Positions 25,995 to 37,699 of a DNA stretch of 64,000 bases are shown here, piece by piece. The translations under genes and the position numbers were made by a program. The notes beneath the pieces were generated by a model. It did not search any database and was not told the origin of the DNA. It saw nothing but the letters and a program-made list of their open reading frames with translations. Origin of the DNA: Negaprion brevirostris. Its lineage: Eukaryota. The stretch lies in NCBI GenBank assembly GCA_030324005.1, contig JARDVH010000073.1, forward strand, positions 52,569,169-52,633,168. Reading direction: 5' to 3'. Every line of letters starts with the position of its first letter. Position 1 is the stretch's first letter.

Positions 25995-26651
25995 CTGAGA
26001 GAGTAGAGGAGTTTAGAGTAGCAGTGCAAAATAAGTACATCAGGTTCTCCACTATCCATTAAAGTGATATTCCTGGGCTAGTCCAGTGACAACTTCACAC
26101 AGCCCAAACAATACTGCAAGAATTGGAGGTTCATTTGCGACACAGTTGAGTCATGTCAGCTATGTTGCAAGTATGGTGGCTCTCCACTGGAGTGTCATTA
26201 GGAAGGCTCTGCAGTCATTTCCTTGATATTGCTAATGATGCTCCAAATAGGAAAAAGCGCAATGGGAAATTTGAGGATAATTGTTGAAACGAGCCATTTT
26301 GATCAAAATAAAATAAATTGGGATACTTTCCTGTGGTTGGAGAATCAGGAATCAAGGGGAAAAAATTATACCCCTGAAAGAAGTGGCAGTAGCAAAATCT
26401 ACAAGGATTTCCATAAATGTTTTCTCAAAAAGAATTATGGGAAAAGAAATTTAATGGGTAGCTCAAATTGACAGGATATAATTGAACAGCACCATTTCAA
26501 AAGATACTAAACTAGGTAACAAGATGTGATATTTACATCAAAATGGATCTAAAATTAGACAACTGAAATGCACTGCATTGTTATTGTATCACATATTGGC
26601 AGCACACTGCCAATAAACAGTAACCTCAGCCTTTTACAAGAGAACCAGAGT

Positions 26652-26815
26652 CAACATAGAACATAGAAGATTACAGCGCAGAACAGGCCCTTGGGCCCAC
26701 GATGTTGCGCCGACCAGTTAAAAAGCAATGACCCTCTCACCTAAACCAAACCCTTTCCATCCATAAACCTATCCACGGATCTCTTAAACGCCCCCAAACT
26801 AGGCGCATTTACAAC
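26652..26815 (-). mobile_element. Young CR1-type 3' end running into a gap
   Basis: (aacatag)n tail followed by acaggcccttgggcccacgatgttg; CpGs retained. Confidence 0.7.
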
Positions 26816-27963
26816 NNNNNNNNNNNNNNNNNNNNNNNNNNNNNNNNNNNNNNNNNNNNNNNNNNNNNNNNNNNNNNNNNNNNNNNNNNNNNNNNNNNNN
26901 NNNNNNNNNNNNNNTGTATTCTAAATTGGTCTCAAGAAACCATGAGTCAGACAGCTATCCAGCAGGGGACGCCTGGAGATGCAGGAGATACATTGCATAT
27001 CCAAGTGCTGCCAGGCTCAAGATTCTTGTGGATTCTTTGAAACTGTACACACCTTAGAAGCAGGAAGACCATACTCTTCTCTTGCTGCCACAGCTCATAC
27101 TGCACATGGCAACTTTAATCACTAAATTCTGTTAAGAGTCAAGGAGTTTTACTGAAAATCTGTTTGAAAGAACTTAGATCTAATGTGATCAGAATCCTGT
27201 CATGTCAATGTTGAGATCCTCAAATTTTATCCTTTAATAAATGTTCCCATACTCTACCCTCTGCAGTGAGCCCATGTTTAATGAGAGTGGATGGGGTTTG
27301 AACATTTACCCCATCCACCCACCCCAAGGGGGAAAAAAATCACTGCACAACTTGCATAAAAAATTTTGTATACCATTTTTTCATGTTCACCAAAAGAAGC
27401 CTGGTTAGAATCTTTGATAATGTTGCTCCCAGTATTTAAAAAAGTTGTCAGTTTTGTGGATAAGGTAGTCTTTTAAATTGTTACAACCAATAGGGAAGTG
27501 GCACTAGAATTGACTGCACACTGATGGGCCATAACCGTCTGCAATAGCAAACAAGCTCCAAGGTGACAAGTGCACAGCAGCACTTGTGAAGTCAAATCTC
27601 ATCTCATAAGCCAACCATCTCTAGCAAGAGTTTGTACAATTTTTCCACTTTATTCAAATAAGCCATTACAATAGCTGCTCTCAATGTACAAAAGGAACAT
27701 CTGTACGATAACGGTCATGGCACTATCAGCTTCAGTTGAGTGGTGCACCTGTTAGCTATATGCTTACAGGCTGTACAAGAACTCATGGTGGCAGTTAAAT
27801 GGCCAAGTTTAACATGAAGTACTCAACTTCAAAATGTCCTCTAGCTGTCACCAGACTGCATTTGGAAACTGGCATTCTAATTCCCAATGCAGGGCAGAGG
27901 AGCACCACAACATTCAGCATCCACAGTTCCAAAGTCAGCCAAATGTAAAAAGTTAGTTCTTAC

Positions 27964-28007
27964 CTTAGGTGGGGATGGAATGGCTTCAGTCTTGCTTTGT
28001 TTTGAAA
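27964..28007 (-). CDS. CAPRIN2: Caprin-2 coding exon 11
   Basis: tttttcttggtag|(V)SKQSKTEAIPSPPK|gtaaga; 44 nt; phase 1/0 as required. Confidence 0.7.
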
Positions 28008-30536
28008 CTACCAAGAAAAACACATTAGACTGGCTGGCACAGAGACAAGGAAACTGCTCAGTTTAAATGAAAAGTCCAATTTATAGTTATTAATGATGAG
28101 TCATGAACTTAAGCCTCTAGAGAAGCTGAAGACAATTGAGGTGTGAGGATGAAAGTGAATGAAGCAATACCAGATTTAAATTCGCACACTCGAGACTGGA
28201 ACACAAACTATGCTAGTCTCTGCTGTACTATTGACAACATGTTTGTCTTCATAGTCCCTATGGAAAGGAACCATGACACTAGCAGGCAAGTCTGCCCAGC
28301 ATCACAGCCAACATTGTTTAAGTTTCATAGTGGACCCTGCTGTGCAAAAACTGGCTATTTTCTAGCATCTACACTTTAAAACAACATAATGCTGCAAACA
28401 AACAGGTCTGGTAACATCTGTGAAGTAATAAACTTTAATTCACTCTACAGAGTGATACTGCCAGACCTGGGAAATATTTTCAGCATTTTCCATTTCTCAA
28501 AATTTCCTATAATTGTTATTTCAGTTCTTCAAAAATTCCTTCATTCTAAAGTACTTTAGAACAGAGGGAATGCAAAGGTCATGTTGAGGCAATTATTTTC
28601 TTCCTCCAGCACTGAAGACACAATACCTTAGGTAAACAATGTGGTTCAGTTGTGTCCCGTGCTCTCAATGCATCCACTGCATTGTTACATAATTACCATA
28701 GCTGATCAAGGGAATAGTTAAGCATGCTTTAAATATTCTGAGCATCTGAGAAATTCACACTTTGTTTGAAGAATTTAACCTCATGTGCAAGTTAGTGAAT
28801 AGGTTCAAGATGCATCAGTAGGTCATGTTTGAAGTTGTAAGCATGGAGACCATTAGGAAATGAACTCTACATGCACTCACTACAAAAATAGCATTATAAT
28901 TAAATAGTGTACCTTTTCCTTCTGAGGGCTAACAATCAAGAACAAATTGTCAAACTTCAAAGGACAATACAAAATGCATACTTTAAAAATTGGAGGAAAA
29001 ATAGCTGTTAACCTTAGCCCCATAATAGTATTATGGGACTAAGATGATCACTAACTAGTGCCTATGTAGAAAAGCAAAATACTGCCGATGCTGGAAATCT
29101 GATAACAATATTGAAAAACTCAGCAGTTCTGCTCGAAATGTCAACTGTCTTTCTTTCCCCCCTCCTCAACAGAACATTACAAACACCCCTCCCCCACCAG
29201 TGCTGCCAGACCAGCTGGCCTTTTGTTTTTTTTAANNNNNNNNNNNNNNNNNNNNNNNNNNNNNNNNNNNNNNNNNNNNNNNNNNNNNNNNNNNNNNNNN
29301 NNNNNNNNNNNNNNNNNNNNNNNNNNNNNNNNNNNGCATTTGCTGTTTTAATATTAGCCCAGTTTCTTTGAAAGACTTAATATTTTAATCACTAAAGCAT
29401 TGAGAATTTTCCAAGGACTACAATTCTCAAATGTTAACACTTGACCAAGAGCTTAAATCAAAAAGGTTAGTTATAAAATGACATCCTGAGGGGAGGGAAT
29501 ACTAAAGCATGAGGCCAAGTTGTAAAACAGCCAGAGGATTACATATGAGAGGTCACGTCAGAGGGAACAGAGATCTGGCAAGGGTGGAGCAAGTTTGTGA
29601 CAGAAGTGATTAAGCAATGGAAATTTAAAAAGAACCTTGAGGTACTGGGGGCACAAGTTTTTTTTTAAAAAGTCCACAAAAACATAACATATGAGAGCTA
29701 CTTTTTAAACAAAATTACATCTGTCTGACCTGAGAGACTTCTTACTGTGTTTACCCCAATCCAATGCTGGCATCTCCAAATGATCTGTGAAGGGCCAGGC
29801 ACTTGGGCTCCCCAATATTCAGGAAATGCAATACAGGACTACATCCAACAGTTCCACTTCAGTCACATGGGAATCAACAGCTAACGGTCAGAACAAATTT
29901 CTCTCCTTGCAGCAATTCACTAAAAATACATTAGGAACAAAGTGCTCATCAGCAAGCTATTCAATTAGTGCCGAGTGGCATTTTCTCAATTACATCTTCA
30001 TCTGAAATTCTCTTCAGGCTTGGTCCATCTCAGTTAAAAGGACAAGAGCAAGCCACATCTAATTTTTCAACAATTAAATCCATCTGGTCCAGTATATTAT
30101 ATATGGAGTCAATTTCTCTCTCTACAGATTGCTGAGTTTTCTCAGCATTGTTATTTCAGGTGTCCAGCATTTTGCTTTTGTTAAATCCATTCACTAGCCT
30201 GAAAACTGTTGCAACAATTCTCCAAAAATTGTGCCATTACTAAATCGCAGATCTTGCCAATGCTCAAACACAAGCCCTTCTGCTTTTCTCTCATATACAT
30301 ACTTCAAGTGAACAATTTCTTGATGCCAGATGTCTACTAGCAAGTGTTAACATCCATTAAAAGTTTTAAACAAAATGCCTTGCTTTAAAGCTCTTACAAC
30401 TCAAAATCCAACTTCAGATATCCAAGCACAAGTGTAGCTTTAAGTTAAAATGGCTGCATGTTGGTTACCTTGCACAGTAGATGGAAGTAGTTTAACTGAA
30501 GTCCAATAATAAATCTTAGTTAGAAAAGCACCATAC

Positions 30537-30614
30537 CTGCAGCATTGAGNNNNNNNNNNNNNNNNNNNNNNNNNNNNNNNNNNNNNNAGGGGTGTCAGAA
30601 TCCAACATGGAATC
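30537..30614 (-). CDS. CAPRIN2: Caprin-2 coding exon 10 (interrupted by an assembly gap)
   Basis: ttctag|DSMLDSDTP-[38 N]-LNAA(G)|gtatgg; needs phase 0/1, so the nominal gap length must be slightly wrong. Confidence 0.8.
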
Positions 30615-31496
30615 CTAGAATTGTAATAACAAAAAAGTTCAAATAAGCTGAGTACCACAACATTCAAATTGTTTAATGCAACAGAACGGAAAGCCAGCAA
30701 TTATTAATTCATTAGATAAGACTACAAAACTTAGCAGAAAGCACTGATAACTGGTGAAGTGACTTGAACAGGTTTTCATCCTGGTCACTTGGCCTTTAGC
30801 CAAGCAGTGTTCCATTCTGTTAATAACCAATAATATTCAGCACAACATTTCTGCACTGAGCTTTGGTAGGTGATGGAACACTAACCAGTTGCATTTCCCA
30901 TCAATCTTCCTAGCTGCATCCTGAATTCAAAGACATTCCAGCTAAGATCTAACCACCTTCTAATTTGAAGGAAAAAACATTCCAGATTAAGGGATTTATT
31001 GGCCACCAACAACAGCCCAAAGTGATGGGAGCCACCTTGAACCCCTGAAGGTCATGTGGAGTAGGTACATCTGTTAAATAAAATAAATGACTTTTTTAAA
31101 CCACTTTCCCAAACGGTCTTGTCAAATTCAAATATCTGTGTATACATCTGTTCCCCATACCATTTCAAATTTTATCATTTATCTTAAAAAAATTCTGTCA
31201 TCTTGTCAACATGTACTTGTTCTCCTGAAGTCAACTATTTTAAAATTCAAGTCATCTGCAAACATATACCAAATCTAGGGCCCCCAAAAGGCCTGGGGAG
31301 CAAGCTGCATACACTGCCATTCTACATGGTCTCTTTCCACTGTCCTTCAAATGCTAACAAGTCTATTTGTCATTTCACGTTCCTTTTGAAAAATACAAAT
31401 GCCAATTGAACCTTATGATCATGAGTAACTGGTGAAAGGAAAAAAAATATTAGAACACTGGGCCAGGAAGCTACAATGTGCAAAACAAATACATGC

Positions 31497-31628
31497 CTGA
31501 ATGAAATGACATGTCCCTTGTATTTGGGACATCAGGTCTTGAAGCTTCTGCCTCCTGAGTTCTGGATCCTTTGGCAGTGACGAGTTTGAGCAGAACTCTC
31601 CAGTAACCTGCTGCACCACCTTTGACAC
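31497..31628 (-). CDS. CAPRIN2: Caprin-2 coding exon 9 (start of HR2; GC donor)
   Basis: ttttag|VSKVVQQVTGEFCSNSSLPKDPELRRQKLQDLMSQIQGTCHFIQ|gcatgt; 132 nt; phase 0/0. Confidence 0.9.
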
Positions 31629-32151
31629 CTAAAAGGATTTAAACCAGTTCACAAGATGAGCTCCGCATTAAAATTCAAACCAAAAGAAAACAGCTGCTTA
31701 AAACAGGAACAACATCTTGACAGTGAGAAACATGGGCAAGTTCACCTTGCTACTAGAAACAGACTAATTGAAAAGCAAAATTCTTCTTTGGTTTTCTAGC
31801 CTCTTATCTGACTTGACCACAATATTTTGCAGTTAGTTGTGGATCCAGGTTATATTTCTTATTGGATGTGCACGATGGAAGTTAGCAACTGACACCAAGG
31901 AAAAGCTTGCAACCATCACCTAGCTGGGAATTTTTTTGTTCAGTTTTGGTAAATCTACAAAAACTTCCAATTGTTTCAGTATGAGAAAAAATGCCATAGC
32001 CATCATCTGGTTGACCAAATTGGGACTTCAGGGATGATCTAAAGCACTAGCATTTCTTCTAATCCTGATTAGCTAACATAGATTCCGTTTTTCTGCTAGG
32101 TGCCACAAGTCAGTACAACACAGCACTGTTCATTCAAAGGTAGTGCAAGAC

Positions 32152-32379
32152 TTTATTCAGGCATGTATTTGTTTTGCACATTGTAGCTTCCTGGCCCAGT
32201 GTTCTAATATTTTGTTTTTCCTTTCACCAGTTACTCTTGATCCAGTAAGAAATATAACCTGGATCCACAACTAACTGCAAAATATTCTGCTCAAGTCAGA
32301 TAACAAAGAGGCTAGAAAACCAAAGTAGTTTGCTTTTCAGTTGAAAAGTCTGTTTTTAGTAGTAAGGTGAACTTGCCCA
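32152..32379. repeat. Composite inverted duplicate of 31417-31505 and 31733-31867
   Basis: 32152-32242 is the reverse complement of 31417-31505 (2 mismatches, one 2-nt indel); 32240-32379 is a more diverged reverse complement of 31733-31867. Confidence 0.95.
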
Positions 32380-33102
32380 AGGTGAATCCAGCATGGAAGT
32401 AATCCTGTACATTGTCACTATGGTTCCTGGGTTCATGAAAATAATCCCCCTCCCCAGGGCCCCAAAACAAGGAGACAAAATCTTTTGCTGCAATACATGT
32501 GAAATTAGAAACCAATAGACATCAACAAGAGCCCAATCTGGAAATAAGACCCAGCCAAAAGGCCGTGGGAGACTGTTTCATCACTTCAGCCAAGCTCAAA
32601 CTTTAGATACCTGTCCTCCAAAACATAACTTACACCAGTCAGGTGAAAAGCCATTTAAATCATGTGTTGGGTCAGAGCATGCTAGCCAATTTAACACGGT
32701 GGCACATTTCCTTCCCTATCCACAGGGAGAAGGTAGGTATAAAGTAGAATTTGCTGAAGTTGAGTTTGTTAGAGAGCAAATGTGGGGTTTGAGATTTACT
32801 TGGTTGGCTAAAGGCTCATTCCAAAAATTAGGTCCATTAGAAGAGAAATTCCTTTTGTTATTTGTGTTCCAAAGCTTCACCCCACCATAGTAGCCAACAG
32901 CAAAATTAAAAATGTGTGTGCCATTTTCACAAACAAGTGCCATTCATCACCACTAGTAGGTGCTTCAAAGCAGATTAGGTTTTACCCACTTGCTTTGCTT
33001 CAGTTTCGTGTTTTGATATACGATCCCGTTTCTAAAGAGAAAAAGAGGACCATTAGTCATGAAATACAAGCATTTCCTGGCCAAAGCCTGCCATCTTCTC
33101 AC

Positions 33103-33474
33103 CTCTTTGGGCTCAGGCAGATTTCTCTTTGGTTCAGCTGATTCTTTTGGGACAGATCCCGATTCCCACCTTGGTGTCTCTGGCACGTCAGCATATGGTA
33201 CATCCCACTTTTTGGGCTGCTCCTCCAGTTTCTGATTGACGTACTCTGTACCCCATTTTTTGAGGGATTCCTTGTCCTGTTTTGCATCAACATACTCGTC
33301 GTCCCACTTTTTAGGAGACGTTTCCTCCTGCTGCTTTCTACTGATGTAAGCAGTGTCCCATGTTTTGGGAACATCCTCTTGCTTCCTGCCAACATACTCA
33401 GCTTCCCAGTTCCTTGGTTTCTCTGGCTGTTTTACAGCATAGTCATTTTTGTTCAGGTACTGCCTATTCAAAAA
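33103..33474 (-). CDS. CAPRIN2: Caprin-2 coding exon 8 (Trp-repeat region)
   Basis: tcttag|FLNRQYLNKNDY...PKRNLPEPKE|gtgaga; 372 nt; phase 0/0; FLNRxY start and PKxW repeats are CAPRIN2-like. Confidence 0.92.
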
Positions 33475-34737
33475 CTAAGAAATAAGTTTGATTACATTTA
33501 ATTCCACTCACCACTGAGCAAAGTATCAGAACAAACACAAACTCTCAATTTCTGCTCATTCTACTGAAGTGGAAAAGGCTATTTGCTCACTATTCCTCCA
33601 ATGATGAGCTGAACACAAGTCCAGCGCAAAAGTTACCACTGCTCAAGAGATGATTGTTGTGGCAACCTCTGATCAAAAGCAAAGATGATCAATCCAGCAG
33701 TACAAATTCACCCAACTGAAAAGCCTCAATGGGTCAGGTTGACAATGAGAAAGTTTTCACAACATGGTTACCAATTTCTTCATCGTCAGCTTCATATCAG
33801 TTTCTGATCAGCTATTTATAAGTGAATCTTGCAAAAGATAATTCTCTTAAAAAAATCTGGCTTTGAAATATTCATATAAAAGTGAAGTTGCCACAGTCCC
33901 ACTTGACCATAGACACTTCCCCTGCCCCACCCCCTTGAGGAAGAGAGCTGACATGATGATTAGCCAGAGGATCACCACACCTCAGGCAAGGGGCACAGTG
34001 GAGAAGGTAGTGCTTCATGAATAGCCTCATATGGAAATTGAGCCCATGCTGTTGGCATAGCTCTGCATCACAAACCAGCTATCCAGCCAAGATATTTTAG
34101 CATGAACAAAACACATTTGAGAATAAAAACAGCACACTTGAAACAAATTTTCTAGTCCTGCCCACTGTAGCAATCACAGGTGAGATAGAAGGTTTGGCAA
34201 ACCATTAAAGATCTGTTGACTTTGCACTGGAATTTCCAGTCTCTGGCTGGGTGTGATTGGAAAATCCCATCCAAGATGAATATTAGTTTATGGTTCAGTG
34301 TTAGTAATCTCAAACCCACACAACCTTTTGAAGCATCCAAACTTCAGTTTGGATGCCTCAAGATTGCATAATCTAGGCAGACTACTGCAGTAGTGAGGGA
34401 GTTTGGCATTATTGATGGGGGCTTTCTCATTTTTGTCCAATACTTAGCAAAATAGCAAAAAAAACCTGGTTACTCAACAGTTCTTTGTAGGAAATGCAGC
34501 AACACGATTCTACATTGAAAGTGATTGTAATTCAGAGCATGTGGAAAGCATGACCTAAACAAGTTTTGCTTCCCCAGTCTATTCTCAATTTGAAGTGCAT
34601 ATAGGAAAACAGAACACAAAAATGCAGCACAAAGTTATCACATAACTGGTACTCATTTCAAAATTTCCCCTCGACAGTGTAAAAGCCTTCAAAACCATAA
34701 TTTGAAAAGGATGGCTATGAGCAAAACTAAAACGTAC

Positions 34738-34784
34738 CTCTCTTGGCTGCATTTCACTCGAGCACAAAAAATGCCGGTCAGATT
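34738..34784 (-). CDS. CAPRIN2: Caprin-2 coding exon 7
   Basis: ttgcag|(E)SDRHFLCSSEMQPRE|gtacgt; 47 nt; phase 1/0 bridges exons 6 and 8; resembles ...PEIQPQE of CAPRIN2. Confidence 0.85.
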
Positions 34785-37059
34785 CTGCAATAAAAAAGCA
34801 CCAAGTTTAAAACTCATACAAAAAGGTTACAAGCAAGCAAGTGCACCAAATCTAACAGTTCAACATTTTGCTAATCTCCAGAGGTATCCAGTCTTTAAGG
34901 TTTTCAAAAAAGTTTACCTTGAAGCCAGTTTTTAAAACATGGGGCCCCCACTTACAGATACATACAAAAACCTTTCACAAGAGCTGCAAGTATGATGGCA
35001 TTGGGTTCAAATGCATGATTACTGCCACCGCTATTACAGTTTATAAGACATCAAGTCATCATAGAGATTAAACTCCAGGATCCAGTGATGTATTAATGAG
35101 TACTTATTAAATGCTAATATTGGCAAATCCATTTACTCTACAGCAAGTGGCAGGATTTTGTGCTTGAGATAATTAAACATGCAGGCTGTTAGACTAGATG
35201 GAACCAATTGTAAAAACCACGTGCAGCTTGTGATTAAAATTTCCCACTAAATACAACACTTATTCCACAGAAATAGGGAAAAGGTAAAACGATAAAGTTG
35301 AAGCTAACCAACCATTCCACATCTGCACCACGGCNNNNNNNNNNNNNNNNNNNNNNNNNNNNNNNNNNNNNNNNNNNNNNNNNNNNNNNNNNNNNNNNNN
35401 NNNNNNNNNNNNNNNNNNNNNNNNNNNNNNNNNNGCACCACTGCCCCCCCCCCCCAAGAAATAAAGCCAAAACGCCTCTCCAGCTCAAGAAAATAGAAGC
35501 CGCCATCAATAACAAACTTCCACATTCAATGCACTAACTACCAAATCTATACATTGCATTATAGAATGGAGCTGCCCAAAGTAAAGTAATTTCCTCCCAT
35601 TCTAACTCAAATGTTAGACTATTTTTACAGTCTACACATCCATCATTCGATAAGATTGAAGGCTTGACAGAAGACTGAACCCTGATCATAATTATATATA
35701 TTTTAAATAGTCAAATGGTCAAAATAATGAAAGAATACATCAGTACTCAATGTCCCTTGTTGTTAAGTCACCTCTTCACACTTGCAGAATAATTTCATCT
35801 TTCAAGTATGTGAAAAGGACAGAACAAGATGGATACTGGAGCATCTTTTCAGAGCAGTTTTTTAAAAAAAAAATCAAAACTGAAGCACCACATTTTCTGC
35901 CCAAGAGGTTTGAGTTCTGCCTTCCTATTTGTTTGAAGCAAAAAAAATTCCAAAGTCAAAAAACTCAATACTGTCAAACTGGGCAAGGCTCCCAAAAATG
36001 TGGCTATGTTATTGAAAACCAAGGACAGCGAACTCATAGGGCTAAGCCCCATCGCAAAGCATTCAACCCTATGAAAAAGGAATAGAGCTTCACTCAATCA
36101 CTAAAGAACCAAAACCACAAAAAAAATTAAACACTTATGGGAAAAATGTATGTTTACGCTTGCAGAATTAAAGGAAAGCCCTCATTAGAGCCAATTCTAC
36201 TAACATGCACTTCAGAATAGTTTCTGCAGTGCAACAATACCAAGACTTCTCCACATCCAACCTAAAGGAAAGGTTTACATTAGTTCTCATTCACCAATAT
36301 TAGGAGGCAAATGAAGTTAATTGCAGATTCAGGTCTTAATATTTAATGAAGCCATGCAAGGTACAGTAATTGGGTCACTGAACTAGAAATCTAGACAGCT
36401 GAACTGATAGTGATACAACACCAGAGCAGTCTAGGAATTTAAAGCCAATTATTAAATAAATTTGGATTTTAAATTATGAAACTACATGATAATACAGTGA
36501 AACAGTTTAAAACCCACACCTCAGGCAAGGCTCAAGGCGGCAGGGGCTTCAGGAATAACTTCAGCCAGTACAGAAATTCACCCCACACTGCCAGCACTGC
36601 TCTGCATCACAAACAGCTATTCAGCTAACTGAGTTAAATCAACTGCCAAATCATTCAGATTATGGTAAAAATCCAATAATATAACTTGGGTATTTACAGA
36701 ACAAGGGGAGCGGGAGTCATGTCAATGGTGGAAAACAGGGCCCTGAAGTAGTAACCACACATGGAATAGCTTTCCAATTATCCACTGGCTCCAGAGCTAA
36801 ACAACCACATTGAGAGAAATCCAAGTTGACATCACATGAAAACATAAGTAATTGGTTGGTGGATATCTTATCTTCAAAACACACCTTACTGTAAGGTTGG
36901 GAGTACAGTACTTAATTACAAAATAAAGCAGAATTGTCACATTGCAGGGGACCATTTAGCCCATCGTGGCTTAGTACTATTTCCTGCCTCTTCTCCCTAG
37001 TGCTGCAGTAGAATCTGCCTCCATGAGAAATTGTAGCTGCAGAATGTGGGAGCTCCTGA

Positions 37060-37325
37060 ATGCCAGTGTGATCCTGGGCCATAAGAGATAGGAGCAGAAT
37101 TAGACCATTCAGCCCATTGCTCCACCATTTGATCACAGCTGATGTTTGTCAACCCCATTCTCCCACCTTTTCCCTGTAACCTTTGATCCACTTATCAAGG
37201 ACCTAATACACTCCATGAACTGACCTCAACAGCCTTCTGTGGCAATGAATTCCAGATTCCTCCTCACCTCTGTTCTAAAGAGAGTCATCTCTTTACTCGT
37301 GGCTGTGCCCTTGATCCTAGACTGT
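37060..37325 (-). mobile_element. CR1 3' end
   Basis: ataggagcagaattagaccattcagccc tail; related copies at about 52610-52990 and 61985-62080. Confidence 0.7.
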
Positions 37326-37699
37326 GCAGTCAGTGCCTGCAACTGAAGAAACTTTGATGCAGCCAGCCAACTAGTGGCCAAGTTGCAGACACTGGTGCAG
37401 CAGAGCAAGGGACAGTTAACTGGACACTTGGGCCAGAATTTTACTGGCTCAGCAGTTAATGGCTCATAGAACAGAATGCCATGTTGGCTTTGGGCAGGGT
37501 TTTATGAGCCTCGCCCGAACAAAGATGGTAAAATCCCAGCCTATGTACCAGGAAACAGTCATAATCATACCTCTTCGGATAAGGTCTTCTGATTTGGTCA
37601 GTGAGCAGGGACAGTAAGATGTACCCAGAAGATACAGCCTCAGTTTTTGCCATTGTCCAATAGGTCCAAGGTTCTTGCAACCTGTATGGATGAAAGCTG

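Noticed and set aside
32965-33102. Open frame continuing past the exon-8 donor
   Set aside because: Similarity ends at a good GAG|gtgaga donor in phase with exon 9; intronic read-through
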